Shown: piece by piece, positions 10,145-21,059 of the stretch | Numbering within the stretch: the first letter of the stretch is position 1 | Layout: every line of letters starts with the position of its first letter | Assembly: GCA_035570215.1 (NCBI GenBank) | Contig: DATMLK010000194.1 | Location: 1-60,714, forward strand | From: Acidobacteriaceae bacterium | Lineage (GTDB): Bacteria > Acidobacteriota > Terriglobia > Terriglobales > Acidobacteriaceae | Length of the DNA: 60,714 nt | Direction of reading: 5' to 3' | Program-made: the position numbers and the translations under genes | Notes under the pieces: model-generated | Told to the model about the DNA's origin: nothing | The model's input: the letters and a program-made list of their open reading frames with translations, nothing else | Databases searched by the model: none

Positions 10145-10166
10145 GCTGCAACGGAGAGGCACGCCG

Positions 10167-11525
10167 CTACCCCAGCCAAGCTGCCGCAATCAGTACGAAC
10201 CCCAACGCACTCACGGAGAGTATAGCCTCGCACAGCGACCACGAGACGATCGTCTCCTGCATGTCCAGGGTGAAGTACTCCTTCACCAGCCAGAAGCCCG
10301 GATCGTTCACGTAGGAAAAGAAGATCGAGCCCGCGCCGGTCGCCAGCGCCAGCAGCTCCGGATGCGGGAACGTCGCGGCCGACGCCGCAAGAATGCCCGC
10401 GGTCGAGGCCATCGCCACCGTCGCCGAGCCCGTCGCCATCCGCACCATCATCGCGATCAGCCACGCCAGCACCAGCAGCGGGATGTGCGCATGCAGCGCG
10501 ATCCGCACCGTCGCCGCCGACGCGCCGCTCGCCTGCAGCACCCGCCCGAACGCGCCCGCCGCCGCCAGCAGCAAAAGGATCACCAGCGCCGTCCGCAGCG
10601 ATGCACGCATCACCCGGCCAAACTCGGTCCACTTCGCCGCGGAAGCCCGCGCGAGCGTGAGCAGGCTCAGCGTCAACGTCAGCAGCAGCGCGACGTTGGC
10701 ATTGCCGGCGAACATCAGCAGCCGTTTCGCTGCGCCGTCCACCAGAAATCGGCCGCCGAAGGTCGACGCCGCGATCAGCGCCACCGGCAGCAGCAGCAGA
10801 CCGAACGAGAGCCCGACCGGAGGCAACGTGGCGGGATGCGCCTCTGCGCTTGTCTCATGTAAACCAGCCATGTGCGCATGCCCGGTCGCATCGCGCCGGC
10901 CGCGGTACAGAAACTCCGCATAGAGCGGACCGGCCAGCGCGGCGGACGGCAGACCGAGCAGCAGACCCCACACCATCGTGCGTCCGATCTCGGCGTGATA
11001 CTCCACCACCGCCAGCAGCACTGCCGGATGAGGCGGCACCAGGGCATGCGCAATCGAAAGCCCCGCCAGCAGGGGCAATCCCACATAGATCGGCCGCAGC
11101 CGCGTGCGTTCGGCGAGCACGATCGCGATCGGCACCAGCAGAACGAATCCGACCTCAAAGAAGACCGAGAGCCCGACGATCAGACCGAAGAGCATCATCG
11201 CCCACACGATGTAGCGCCGGCCGAAGATCCGCAGCATCAGCTCGCAGATGCTCAACGCCGCGCCGGACTCAGCCATCAACGAGCCGATCATCGAGCCGGC
11301 GATCACCAGCACGGCCACGCGCTTCAGAATGCCCCACGCGCCCGCACCCATCGCCGCCGCGATCGCCACCAGGGGCATACGGGTCAACAAACCAAGCAGC
11401 ACCGACGCCGCCAGCAGGCTCAGCGCCGCATGCCAGCGCGCAAAAAGTATCAGCAGAAGAATGGAAAGGATGGCAGCGAACGCCGCCGCGAGCAGAAGAA
11501 CGTCGTGCTGTGCCGCCGTGATCAC
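10167..11525 (-). CDS. GntP-family (gluconate/organic-acid:H+) permease
   Basis: A polytopic 452-aa protein with GntP-like motifs FFEVGFVLLVPI and GSIFFSYVNDPGFWLVKEYF. The GTG start abuts the polA stop. Confidence 0.75.
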   Translation of the reverse strand: MITAAQHDVLLLAAAFAAILSILLLILFARWHAALSLLAASVLLGLLTRMPLVAIAAAMGAGAWGILKRVAVLVIAGSMIGSLMAESGAALSICELMLRIFGRRYIVWAMMLFGLIVGLSVFFEVGFVLLVPIAIVLAERTRLRPIYVGLPLLAGLSIAHALVPPHPAVLLAVVEYHAEIGRTMVWGLLLGLPSAALAGPLYAEFLYRGRRDATGHAHMAGLHETSAEAHPATLPPVGLSFGLLLLPVALIAASTFGGRFLVDGAAKRLLMFAGNANVALLLTLTLSLLTLARASAAKWTEFGRVMRASLRTALVILLLLAAAGAFGRVLQASGASAATVRIALHAHIPLLVLAWLIAMMVRMATGSATVAMASTAGILAASAATFPHPELLALATGAGSIFFSYVNDPGFWLVKEYFTLDMQETIVSWSLCEAILSVSALGFVLIAAAWLG

Positions 11526-14321
11526 CTACTTCGCGTCCCGCCAGTTCGGCCCCACGCCCACATCGGCTACGATGGGCACGCTGAGCTCGACGACGTTCTC
11601 CATCTCCTGCCGAACAAGAGCTTTGACCTCGTCGGCCTCATCCGGGGTGGCGTCGAAGAGAAGTTCGTCGTGCACCTGCAGCGTCATCCGCGTCTTGAAC
11701 GTTTTCTTGCGCAGCGCCGCGTCGATGCGGATCATCGCCAGCTTGATCAGGTCCGCCGCGGTTCCCTGCAGAGGCGTGTTCACCGCCGTACGCTCCGCAA
11801 AGCCGCGCAGGTTGGCATTGCTGGACAGAATATCCGGGATGGGCCGCACACGCCCGAACATTGTGCGCACCAGCTGCTCTTTGCGCGTCTGCTCCAGTAG
11901 CTCTTCGATAAAGATCTTCACACCAGCGTAGCGCTCGAAGTAGCGTTCGATGTAGGTCTTCGCCTCGCGCTGCTCGATGCCGAGCTGGACGGCAAGTCCA
12001 AACGGCGAGATGCCGTAGACGATGCCGAAGTTCACCGCCTTCGCGCGATTGCGCGTCTCTTTGTCCATCTTTTCCGGCGAGACGCCGAAGACCTCGCTCG
12101 CCGTCAGCGTGTGGATGTCCACATTCTCGCGATAGGCCTTCAGCAGAAGCGGATCCTGCGAGAAGTGCGCCATCAGCCGCAGCTCGATCTGCGAATAATC
12201 CGCCGACATCAGCACATTCCCCGGCGCGGGAATGAACGCCGCGCGGATCTCGCGCCCCAGCACTGTGCGCACCGGCACATTCTGCAGGTTCGGATTCGTC
12301 GACGAGAGCCGCCCCGTCGCCGTGCCCACCTGGTTGAACGTCGTATGCACGCGATCGTCCGCATCGGTCAGCTTCGGCAGCTGATCGAGATAGTTCGACT
12401 TCAGCTTCGCCAGCTGGCGGTACTCCAGCACCAGCCGCGGCACCTCATGATGCTCGCTCAACTCCTCGAGCACATCCACCGCTGTCGAGATCACCTTCCC
12501 CTTGCCGCTCTTCGTCGGCTTCGGCAGCTCCATCTTGTTGAAGAGCACATCGCCGAGCTGCTTGGGCGAGTTGATGTTGAAGCGGTGCCCGCTCAGTGCG
12601 TAGACCTTCTCGCTCAGTGTGTCGATCTCCACCGCCAGCCGCGTGGACATCGCCGACAGAACCTCCCGATCCACGCGCACACCAGCCTGCTCCATGCGCA
12701 ACAGCACCGGAACCAGCGGCAGATCCATCGTTTCGTAGACTTTTGTGGTTTTCTCCGCCGCGATCTCCGGCCGCAACTTCTCAGCCAGACGGAAGATCGC
12801 GCTCGCTGCCTCCGGCAAAGCGTTCGCACCCTTCTCCGCTAAAGCCCTGTTGGTGAAGCGCGCCACCACATCCGGCAGCTTGTGGCTGCCATGCGTCGGA
12901 TTCACGAGATACGAGTACAGCATCACATCATCCCGCACCCCAGCCAGCGCGATACCGGCCCCCTCCATCACCCGCAGCACCGCCTTCACATCATGCACGG
13001 CCTTGTGGATCTTTTTATCTTCCAACGCGGCACGCAACGGCGCAGCCAGCGCAAGATTCAGATCGACGGCAAGCGCGTGATCCGTCTCTGCGGCAAAGCC
13101 CACGACCAGCGTGGCTGCTACGGACTCTTTCACCACCGGCACTTCTACAGGCGTGGACATATCAAACAACGAACCACTCTGCGGCGCCTCCGGCTCTACC
13201 TCCGCAACTTCAGACTCGGCGACCTCTTCCGCAAGCGCCTGTCCGTCCAACTGGATCGAAAGCGCCAGCCCTTTCGCGCTCGCCTTCTCGAGCAGCGCGG
13301 CGATATCCTCCGCGGTCGGCTTCGTATTGAAGCTCATCGGCGTCACGTCGACCTTCGACGGCGCGAGATCCTTCAGCATCGTCGTGAACTCCAGCTCGCT
13401 GAAGAGCTCGCGGCAGGCCTCGGCGTCGATCTCCTGCGTGCGCATGCCATGCAGATCGAACTCCACCGGCACGCCGGTGTGGATCGTGACCAGCTCCTTG
13501 CTGAGCAGGATGGTGTCGCGATTCTGCTGGAGCGATTCGCGCTGGCGCTTGCCCTTGATCTCGTCGGCGTGATCCATCGCGGCTTCGACCGAACCATACT
13601 TCTGGATCAGCTCGACCGATCCCTTATCGCCGATGCCGGGTGCGCCGGGGATATTATCGATCGCATCGCCGCGCAGCGCCATCACATCGATCACCTGCTC
13701 CGGCCGCACGCCGAGAACTTTTTCCACGCCATCCGGATCGAGGATGAGATTGTCCTTCGTCGGATTCAGGATGACGACGCTCTCGTTCACCAGCTGCATC
13801 ATGTCCTTATCGCTGGAGACGACGAAGATGCGATGGCCCGCGTCGGCCGCCTTGCGCGAAAGCGTGCCGATGACGTCGTCCGCTTCGAATCCTTCATACG
13901 AGAGGATGGGGATGCGAAAGGCCTCCAGTGCGCGCTGGATGTACGGCAGCTGCTGGGCTAGATCCTCCGGCATCTTCGCGCGATTGGCCTTGTAGCCGGC
14001 GTAGTCCACCTCTTCGAACTGCTGCGTCTTGATATCCCACTTGCGGATGGTCTTCATTTGCGCGGCCTGCGCGTCGCGGAAGACGGGGCCGCTGAGATCG
14101 TAGACCGCGGCGAGATACTCCGGCGCGAAGTCGCGGCGGAGCTTGTTGATCATGTTCACGAAGACGTACGTCGCCGCCGTGGGCACACCCGTGCGTGTGG
14201 ACATGGGCCGCTGCCGCTGCATCGCGTGATACGCACGGAAGATGAAGGCCATCGAGTCCAGTAAATAGATGGCGGGCTTTTGCGGATTCGGCGGACCTAA
14301 ATTGGACTGCGCAGCAGGCAT
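11526..14321 (-). CDS. polA: DNA polymerase I
   Basis: A 931-aa protein with a 5'-nuclease N-terminus (IYLLDSMAFIFRAYHA) and polymerase motifs DYSQIELRLMAHFS and LQVHDELLFD. Confidence 0.97.
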   Translation of the reverse strand: MPAAQSNLGPPNPQKPAIYLLDSMAFIFRAYHAMQRQRPMSTRTGVPTAATYVFVNMINKLRRDFAPEYLAAVYDLSGPVFRDAQAAQMKTIRKWDIKTQQFEEVDYAGYKANRAKMPEDLAQQLPYIQRALEAFRIPILSYEGFEADDVIGTLSRKAADAGHRIFVVSSDKDMMQLVNESVVILNPTKDNLILDPDGVEKVLGVRPEQVIDVMALRGDAIDNIPGAPGIGDKGSVELIQKYGSVEAAMDHADEIKGKRQRESLQQNRDTILLSKELVTIHTGVPVEFDLHGMRTQEIDAEACRELFSELEFTTMLKDLAPSKVDVTPMSFNTKPTAEDIAALLEKASAKGLALSIQLDGQALAEEVAESEVAEVEPEAPQSGSLFDMSTPVEVPVVKESVAATLVVGFAAETDHALAVDLNLALAAPLRAALEDKKIHKAVHDVKAVLRVMEGAGIALAGVRDDVMLYSYLVNPTHGSHKLPDVVARFTNRALAEKGANALPEAASAIFRLAEKLRPEIAAEKTTKVYETMDLPLVPVLLRMEQAGVRVDREVLSAMSTRLAVEIDTLSEKVYALSGHRFNINSPKQLGDVLFNKMELPKPTKSGKGKVISTAVDVLEELSEHHEVPRLVLEYRQLAKLKSNYLDQLPKLTDADDRVHTTFNQVGTATGRLSSTNPNLQNVPVRTVLGREIRAAFIPAPGNVLMSADYSQIELRLMAHFSQDPLLLKAYRENVDIHTLTASEVFGVSPEKMDKETRNRAKAVNFGIVYGISPFGLAVQLGIEQREAKTYIERYFERYAGVKIFIEELLEQTRKEQLVRTMFGRVRPIPDILSSNANLRGFAERTAVNTPLQGTAADLIKLAMIRIDAALRKKTFKTRMTLQVHDELLFDATPDEADEVKALVRQEMENVVELSVPIVADVGVGPNWRDAK

Positions 14322-14376
14322 GGCGGTAAGTCTACAACTTCGACGCCTGTGCGAATGTGCGCGTTACTTCGCGGAT

Positions 14377-15477
14377 TTAGCCGATGAACATGCAGTCGCC
14401 ATAGGAGAAGAAGCGGTAGCGCTCCCGCACGGCATGGCCATAGGCAGCCAGCACGCGCTCGCACCCGGCGAAGGCGCTTACCAGCATCAGCAGCGTGGAC
14501 TGCGGCAGGTGGAAGTTCGTCAGCAGGCCGTCGACGATGCGGAACTCATGCCCGGGACGGATGAAGATGCTGGTCTCGCCGCCGTGTGCGGCCAATTCTG
14601 CGCCGAGGCTCGCACAATGCTCCAGTGTGCGGACTGTTGTGGTCCCTGCGGCGATGACGCGCCGGCCATCACGCTTTGCCTTATTGACGGCATCTGCTGT
14701 CGCAGACGAAAGCGTATAGCATTCGCTGTGCAGCGTGATCTCGTCCAGCGTCTCGACGCGCACCGGCTGAAAGGTCCCCAGCCCCACGTGCAGCGTGACG
14801 GTGGCGATCTCCACGCCTCGCGCGCGGATGGCATCCAGCACCTGCGGCGTGAAGTGCAGACCAGCGGTGGGCGCGGCCGCGCTGCCGCGCGCGTCTGCAA
14901 AGATGGTCTGGTAGCGCTCGCGATCTTCCGGCGTGTCCTCGCGGTGCATGTACGGCGGCAGCGGCATGTGGCCGATTTTTTCTAACGCACCATAGAAATC
15001 CCCACTCGAGGCAAAGCGTAGCGTGCGCTCGCCGAACTCACCACGAGCCGTCACCTCCGCTTCAAGCAGAGGCGGCGCGCCATCATCTGCCGCAAAAAAC
15101 AGCCGCTCGCCGGCCTGCACCTTTTTGCCCGGACGCACCAGCGCGCTCCACTCGTTCGCCCCCGACTTCTGCGTGAGCAGCACCTCTATCTTCCCTGTCG
15201 GATCCTGCTTCTGCGACGTCGCTCCGGCACGCGTGGCAAATAAACGTGCCGGGATCACACGGCTGTCATTCAGTACCAACAGATCGCCGGGGGCAAGCAT
15301 CGCAGGCAGATCGCGGAAGTTTTTGTCTTCGATTGCGCCTGTAGCACGACTGAGTACCAGCATCCGCGCGGCATCGCGCTCGGCCGGAGGCTGCTGTGCG
15401 ATTAACTCTTCTGGCAGATGAAAATCAAAGTCCGCGACTCTGAGATTGCCGATTCCAGGATCATCAAGCCTGCTCAC
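14377..15477 (-). CDS. queA: S-adenosylmethionine:tRNA ribosyltransferase-isomerase
   Basis: [17 protein letters not shown]...[10 protein letters not shown] place the start at the in-frame GTG at 15477, which overlaps the upstream stop as GTGA. The longer track ORF (to 15648) overlaps the preceding gene. Confidence 0.9.
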   Translation of the reverse strand: MSRLDDPGIGNLRVADFDFHLPEELIAQQPPAERDAARMLVLSRATGAIEDKNFRDLPAMLAPGDLLVLNDSRVIPARLFATRAGATSQKQDPTGKIEVLLTQKSGANEWSALVRPGKKVQAGERLFFAADDGAPPLLEAEVTARGEFGERTLRFASSGDFYGALEKIGHMPLPPYMHREDTPEDRERYQTIFADARGSAAAPTAGLHFTPQVLDAIRARGVEIATVTLHVGLGTFQPVRVETLDEITLHSECYTLSSATADAVNKAKRDGRRVIAAGTTTVRTLEHCASLGAELAAHGGETSIFIRPGHEFRIVDGLLTNFHLPQSTLLMLVSAFAGCERVLAAYGHAVRERYRFFSYGDCMFIG

Positions 15478-16130
15478 TTGTCGCCCCAGTACTTCTCCGC
15501 CATCTCCACGCTGCGGTCGAGAGCAGTCTGTACCGCGGCGTGCATCGCCTCTGCATCCGGGTTGAACGCAACCGGCGTGGGGTATGTGATCACGACGCGC
15601 GAGAACGGCTTCGGGATCATGAACGCATCCCACGACTTCAGCGTCCATGCCCGCTGCGACAGCACATAGAATGCGCAGACCGGGCTGCCGGTCAGCTCCG
15701 CCAGTTTCACGGTGCCGGGCTTGGCCACATACTTCGGGCCTCGCGGACCGTCTGCCGTAATGGCCACCAGCCGTCCGTCGGCGAAGGAATGCTGCATCGC
15801 CAGCAAACCGGCTGCTCCGCCGCGTGTGCTGGAGCCGCGCACCGCCACAAAGCCGAGCCGCTCCACCGTGCGCGCGATAAGTTCACCGTCAAAGCTCTGG
15901 CTGATCAGGATGGCGATGCCCTGGTTGCGGAAGTACCCTGCGCTGGCCAGCAGCGCGCGATGCCAGAACGCAAAGAGAATAGGCCGTGGATGCATCAATG
16001 CGGACTCCGCGCCCGGCTCGCATATCTCCTCAAAGCGCAACGTCCTCATCAGCGCGCGAATGACGGCCGCCGCCGCGCGCGGAACCACGGCAAGCATCAC
16101 ACGCTGCGAGAATTTGTATTCGGAGGCCAC
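15474..16130 (-). CDS. DUF374-family lysophospholipid-acyltransferase-like protein
   Basis: [13 protein letters not shown]...[30 protein letters not shown]...ITADGPRGP is typical of DUF374. Confidence 0.75.
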   Translation of the reverse strand: MASEYKFSQRVMLAVVPRAAAAVIRALMRTLRFEEICEPGAESALMHPRPILFAFWHRALLASAGYFRNQGIAILISQSFDGELIARTVERLGFVAVRGSSTRGGAAGLLAMQHSFADGRLVAITADGPRGPKYVAKPGTVKLAELTGSPVCAFYVLSQRAWTLKSWDAFMIPKPFSRVVITYPTPVAFNPDAEAMHAAVQTALDRSVEMAEKYWGDK

Positions 16131-16172
16131 GCTGCCATTCTAAACAGTGCGCGGCGGCGAAAGACTAAAAGC

Positions 16173-17369
16173 CTAGCTGTAGCGCATCCAGCGCAGTATC
16201 TCGCTCAGGCTGGGGCGCTTGCCGTACATCAGGATGCCGACGCGATAGATGCGCGAGGCGACCCACATCATGGCATAGATCGCCAGCACCAGGTCCACCA
16301 CGGAGAGCGCGACCTGCCATAGCGGCGGATGCCCGACGGCGACGCGGGTGAACATCAGCAGCGGAGTGCATGGAGGCAACAGCGAAGTGATCACCGCAAG
16401 CAGGCCGTTCGGATGCTCAGCCACGCTATAGCTCACGATCAGGCAGAACGCGAGCGGCATGGCCAGGATCATGTTGAGCTGGCCCAGCTCCTGCTCGGAG
16501 TTCACGACCGCCCCCAGGATCGCCGCGATGCTGGCGTAGAGCGTGAAGCCCAGCACAAACATCAGCATGAAGAAGAGCATCTGCCCGAAGCTGAGCGCGA
16601 CCGAGAGGCTGCCGCCCGCGATCATCGGCACCAGCGGAGTTGCGAGCAGCACAGCCGCCGCCGCGATCCAGATGGCGACCTGCGTAAGCCCGACTCCGCC
16701 CACGCCGATCACCTTGCCCGCCATCATCTCCTCCGGCGTGACCGTGGCCAGCATCACCTCAAAGACGCGCGACGTCTTCTCCTCCGTGATCGAGCGCGCC
16801 ACGTTCACGCCATACATCATCACCGAGAAGTACATCAGGAAAAAGAGAAAGTAAGCGAGAGACTTGGCCGACTGCGATGGACTCAGGCTCGTGCTCTCAC
16901 GCTGCGATTTGCGGATGCTTTGAACGCTTACCACGACCGGCAGACTCAGGTTGGCCTGCGGCGCCGCCTGCGTCAACGCATCCTCAAGTTCACCCTGCAG
17001 ATGGTCGCTGGGCTTGCCGTAGAAGATGGCCTGCCGCGGAGCGGCGGCGTCCACCCAGAGAAAGCCTTCCATCTCCCGGTCCTCCACATCGCCGGAGAGG
17101 ATATGCATCGTATCCGGCGTCGGCGGGGAGATCGCGTCCACGGTCATTCCCGGCTCCGCGGCCGCAAGCTCGTCCTGCAGCCTGATGGCGAGATCGGTGT
17201 CCGGCGAGACGATGGTGATGTGCGGCGCGCGCGCATGCGGGCTGAAGTAGATACTGGTGAAGAGTCCTCCGCCCATCAGCACCGGAATGAGCACCGTCAT
17301 CACCACAAAGCTCCTGGCGCGGATGCGCTCCCTATACTCGCGCCGCGCAATCAATAGAGTGTTACGCAT
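16173..17369 (-). CDS. ABC-2 type transporter permease (NatB-like)
   Basis: A polytopic protein downstream of, and overlapping, the ABC ATPase. The start is taken at MRNTLLIARREYRERI (ATG at 17369), an 8-nt overlap with the ATPase stop. Confidence 0.75.
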   Translation of the reverse strand: MRNTLLIARREYRERIRARSFVVMTVLIPVLMGGGLFTSIYFSPHARAPHITIVSPDTDLAIRLQDELAAAEPGMTVDAISPPTPDTMHILSGDVEDREMEGFLWVDAAAPRQAIFYGKPSDHLQGELEDALTQAAPQANLSLPVVVSVQSIRKSQRESTSLSPSQSAKSLAYFLFFLMYFSVMMYGVNVARSITEEKTSRVFEVMLATVTPEEMMAGKVIGVGGVGLTQVAIWIAAAAVLLATPLVPMIAGGSLSVALSFGQMLFFMLMFVLGFTLYASIAAILGAVVNSEQELGQLNMILAMPLAFCLIVSYSVAEHPNGLLAVITSLLPPCTPLLMFTRVAVGHPPLWQVALSVVDLVLAIYAMMWVASRIYRVGILMYGKRPSLSEILRWMRYS

Positions 17370-18282
17370 TGAGCAGGCCTCCGCTCTGGCCTTCACCGCC
17401 GACAGTCTCAATGAATATCTGCTCCAGCGTCGGCTCGCTCACCTCAAACCGCCGGATCTTCGCCACCTTCACGGCTGCGGCCAGTAGAGCCTGCGCGTCG
17501 TCGCCATCCTTCAGCCTGATCTCGGCGTGGCCGTTGTGCTGGGTCGCCTCCGCCACCGATGGATGCCGCAGGAACGCATCGCTGCCCTCAAAATCGATCA
17601 GCACGCGGTTATTGGGATAGCGCGACTTGACCTCGCGCATGCCGCCGGCCAGGATCTGCTTTCCGCCGCTGATCACGCAGATGGCATCGCACATCTTCTC
17701 CACCTGGTCCATGCGGTGCGTGGAGAAGAGGATCGCTTTGCCTTCCTTGCGCAGGTCGATGAGCGTCTCCTGCATCAGCGCGGCGTTCACCGGGTCCAGG
17801 CCGCTGAAGGGCTCGTCCATGATGATCAGCTCCGGCTCATGCAGCAGCGTGGCGATGAACTGGATCTTCTGCTGCATACCCTTGGAGAGCTCCTCCGTCT
17901 TCTTGTGGATGGCTTCCATGATCTGCATCCGCTCGCACCAGACCAGCGCGCGCTTCTCGGCCGTCTTTGCGTCCAGGCCATGCAGCTGGCCGAGAAAGAC
18001 CAGCTGCTCCAGCACGGGCATCTTTTTATAGAGACCACGCTCCTCCGGCAGATAGCCGATGCGCTTCAGGCTCTCGCGTTCGAATGGTTTGCCGAAGAGG
18101 CTTACACTGCCCGAATCCGGCCGGGTGATGCCGATCATCATGCGGATGCTGGAGGTCTTGCCCGAGCCGTTCGGCCCGAGCAGGCCGAACATCGTGCCCG
18201 GCTCAATGCGGAAGCTCAACCGCTCCACGGCGATCTTCTTGCCGTACGCCTTCGAAACGCTGTCGAGCTCCACGATGGCCAT
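17362..18282 (-). CDS. ABC transporter ATP-binding protein (NatA-like)
   Basis: Walker A GLLGPNGSGKTS, signature LSKGMQQK, Walker B LIIMDEPFSGLD. The start is taken at MAIVELDSVSKAYG. Confidence 0.9.
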   Translation of the reverse strand: MAIVELDSVSKAYGKKIAVERLSFRIEPGTMFGLLGPNGSGKTSSIRMMIGITRPDSGSVSLFGKPFERESLKRIGYLPEERGLYKKMPVLEQLVFLGQLHGLDAKTAEKRALVWCERMQIMEAIHKKTEELSKGMQQKIQFIATLLHEPELIIMDEPFSGLDPVNAALMQETLIDLRKEGKAILFSTHRMDQVEKMCDAICVISGGKQILAGGMREVKSRYPNNRVLIDFEGSDAFLRHPSVAEATQHNGHAEIRLKDGDDAQALLAAAVKVAKIRRFEVSEPTLEQIFIETVGGEGQSGGLLNA

Positions 18283-18335
18283 TACGTTCAAGGATATCAG
18301 TATGCACAGGAGCCGCACTGGTAGCATCGCTCTCT

Positions 18336-20642
18336 ATGGCGGCAGAGAAAAAGACCGGGGAAAGCGCATCTGCAGCGGCGAAGCGTGCCGCTACGATTCG
18401 TCCCGCCGCACTCGACCTGAGCACCAGCGTCGCCTTCGTCAAAGGCATCGGCCCGCGGCTGGCCGGGCAGCTGGCGACGCGCGGCATCCACACCGTCGAA
18501 GACATTCTCTACCACCTGCCCTTCCGCTATGAAGACCGTCTGAACCCGCAGCCGCTCTCGGCGCTCACGCCCGGCGCCATGGCCTCCATCATCGGCGAGG
18601 TGCGCGGCAGCATCCTTCTGCGCACGCGCAACATGCCCATCTTCGAGCTCACCGTCGGCCAGGGCTTGCAAACGATCAAGTGCTCGTGGTTCCACGGCAC
18701 CTACCTGAAGGACAAGTTCCACGCCGGGCAGATGGTCGCACTCTACGGCAAGGTCGAGCCCTCGCGCAGCCGCACTGGTGCGATGAAGATGATCCAGCCG
18801 CAGTTCGAGATCCTTCCAGCGGACGGCGATGCCGAAGACATGCTTGAGGTCGGCCGTATTGTGCCCGTCTACGAGTCGCTCGGCGGCACCACGGCATGGG
18901 GCGCAAAGCTCACCTCGCGCTGGCTGCGCCGCGTGCTGTGGGGACTGCTGGAAGAACTCAAGAGCGCGGAGATCCCCGAGACACTTCCAGCGCCCATGCT
19001 CTCGGAGCTTGGCCTGCCCTCGCGGCTCGACGCTCTCCGCGCCGTCCACTTTCCGCCCGCCGGAACGTCCATCGGCGACCTGCAGGCGTCGAATACACCC
19101 GCGCACCGCCGTCTCATCTTTGAGGAACTCTTCTATCTGGAACTCGGTCTGGAGCTGAAGCGCAGAAGGATGCGCGAGCGCGAAGGCATCGCCTTTGCCA
19201 CCGGCGAGTCCGTGCGCAACGCCATCAAGCAGATCCTTCCCTTCCATCCCACCGCCGCGCAGAAGCGCGTGCTGGGCGAGATCGCCGCCGAGATGCGCCG
19301 TCCGCACCCCATGCGCCGCCTGCTGCAGGGAGACGTGGGCAGCGGCAAGACCATCGTCGCGCTGCAGGCCGCGCTCATCGCTATTGAGAACGGCTATCAG
19401 GCCGCGCTCATGGCGCCCACGGAGATCCTGGCCACGCAGCACTACCTCGCCGCGCGCAAGCTGCTGGAGAGATCCAGCAAGCGGTACAACATCTCGCTGC
19501 TCACCGGCTCACTGGATGATGATGTGAAACGCGCCACACGCGGAAAGATCATGCGCGGTGAGACAAACCTCATCATCGGCACCCACGCGCTCTTCCAGGA
19601 GAAGACCGAGTTCAGCAATCTTGGCCTGGTCATCGTCGACGAGCAGCATCGCTTCGGCGTGCAGCAGCGTTTTGCGCTGATGAAGAAGCCCGGCGGAGTC
19701 GATCCCGATACGCTCGTCATGACGGCCACGCCTATTCCGCGCACGCTCGCGCTTACGCTCTACGGCGATCTCGACCTCAGCATCATCGACGAGATGCCGC
19801 CCGGCCGTACGCCCATCATCACGCGAAGGACGAGCGACGAGATGGCGGATGAGGTCTGGGGCTTCGTGCGCAAACAGGTGGAAGCGGGCCATCAGGCCTA
19901 CATCGTCTACCCGGTCATCGAGGGCGCGAAGGACGACCAGCCGGAGCTGGATTTTCCGGTCGATGAACCGCCGGTCGAAGAGTCGCCAAAGAAAAAATCG
20001 AAGCAGAAGAAGATCCCTCTGCCAAAACCAAATCTAAAATCCGCCATGACAATGTATGACGAGCTGCGCGCCGGCGCGCTCAGCGGCCTGCGGCTGGGCA
20101 TCCTGCATGGCCGTCTCTCGCCGGAGGATAAAGAGGTCGCCATGCGCCGCTTCCAACGCGGCGAGATCGACGTACTCATCGCCACTACCGTCATCGAAGT
20201 CGGCGTGGACGTGCCCAATGCCTCCGTGATGGTCATCGAGCATGCCGAGCGCTTCGGCCTGGCGCAGATGCATCAGCTCCGCGGACGCGTCGGCCGCGGC
20301 GCGGCCAAATCCTACTGTGTCCTGATGACGGGCGGAAAAATATCACAACAGGCCGAGGAGCGGCTGGACGCTATGGTGCGTACGCAGAACGGCTTCGAGC
20401 TCGCCGAACTCGATCTCGCCCAGCGCGGCCCGGGAGAGTTCTTCGGCACGCGCCAGACCGGCCTGCCGGAGTTCCGCGTCGCCAATCTGCTGCGCGACCG
20501 TAAGATGCTGGAGCTGGCCAAGCAGCAGGCGGCGAACTTCATCGAAACCATGGAGCCGCAGCTCACCGCGCCCGAGCGGGTGATGGTTCGTTCGCTGCTC
20601 AAGCAGCACTGGCAGCGCAAGTACGGATTAATTGAGGCCTGA
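18336..20642 (+). CDS. recG: ATP-dependent DNA helicase RecG
   Basis: A wedge-domain N-terminus, helicase motifs LQGDVGSGKT and VIVDEQHRFG, and the TRG-like motif GTRQTGLPEFRVANL. Confidence 0.95.
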   Translation: MAAEKKTGESASAAAKRAATIRPAALDLSTSVAFVKGIGPRLAGQLATRGIHTVEDILYHLPFRYEDRLNPQPLSALTPGAMASIIGEVRGSILLRTRNMPIFELTVGQGLQTIKCSWFHGTYLKDKFHAGQMVALYGKVEPSRSRTGAMKMIQPQFEILPADGDAEDMLEVGRIVPVYESLGGTTAWGAKLTSRWLRRVLWGLLEELKSAEIPETLPAPMLSELGLPSRLDALRAVHFPPAGTSIGDLQASNTPAHRRLIFEELFYLELGLELKRRRMREREGIAFATGESVRNAIKQILPFHPTAAQKRVLGEIAAEMRRPHPMRRLLQGDVGSGKTIVALQAALIAIENGYQAALMAPTEILATQHYLAARKLLERSSKRYNISLLTGSLDDDVKRATRGKIMRGETNLIIGTHALFQEKTEFSNLGLVIVDEQHRFGVQQRFALMKKPGGVDPDTLVMTATPIPRTLALTLYGDLDLSIIDEMPPGRTPIITRRTSDEMADEVWGFVRKQVEAGHQAYIVYPVIEGAKDDQPELDFPVDEPPVEESPKKKSKQKKIPLPKPNLKSAMTMYDELRAGALSGLRLGILHGRLSPEDKEVAMRRFQRGEIDVLIATTVIEVGVDVPNASVMVIEHAERFGLAQMHQLRGRVGRGAAKSYCVLMTGGKISQQAEERLDAMVRTQNGFELAELDLAQRGPGEFFGTRQTGLPEFRVANLLRDRKMLELAKQQAANFIETMEPQLTAPERVMVRSLLKQHWQRKYGLIEA

Positions 20643-20660
20643 AGCAGTATTCTGGTATTC

Positions 20661-21059
20661 ATGCTCGTCGGCACCGGCACGGACATCATCGAGATCGCCC
20701 GCATCCAGCGGAGCATCCAGCGCTACGGTCAGCGTTTTACGCGCCGCGTCTTCACTCCGGGCGAGATCGCCTACTGCGAGGGTAAAAAGAACGCCGCCGA
20801 GAGCTACGCCGGCCGCTTCGCCGCCAAGGAGGCAGCGGCCAAGGCGCTGGGCACAGGCATTGCCCAGGGCGTCACCTGGCTGGAGATCGAGGTCCGCCGC
20901 CAGCCCGGCGAGCGCCCCAGCGTACACTTCACCGGCCGCGCCGCGACACGGGCCGCGGCCATGAACGTCGCGGCTGCCTCACTTTCCATCACCCATAGCC
21001 GCGAACTGGCGCTGGCTACGGTGCTTTTGGAATCCATGGAATCTCAGGAATCGAAGTAA
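20661..21059 (+). CDS. acpS: holo-[acyl-carrier-protein] synthase
   Basis: VGTGTDIIEIARI...FAAKEAAAKALGTG...SITHS. Confidence 0.9.
   Translation: MLVGTGTDIIEIARIQRSIQRYGQRFTRRVFTPGEIAYCEGKKNAAESYAGRFAAKEAAAKALGTGIAQGVTWLEIEVRRQPGERPSVHFTGRAATRAAAMNVAAASLSITHSRELALATVLLESMESQESK

Noticed and set aside
9598-10632. 344-aa minus-strand ORF spanning the orphan gene and the 3' end of the GntP gene.
   Set aside because: It crosses a sharp compositional boundary and an intergenic gap. It is antisense to one gene and out of frame within another better-supported gene. Its translation is low-complexity (Gly/Ala/Asp/Arg runs).
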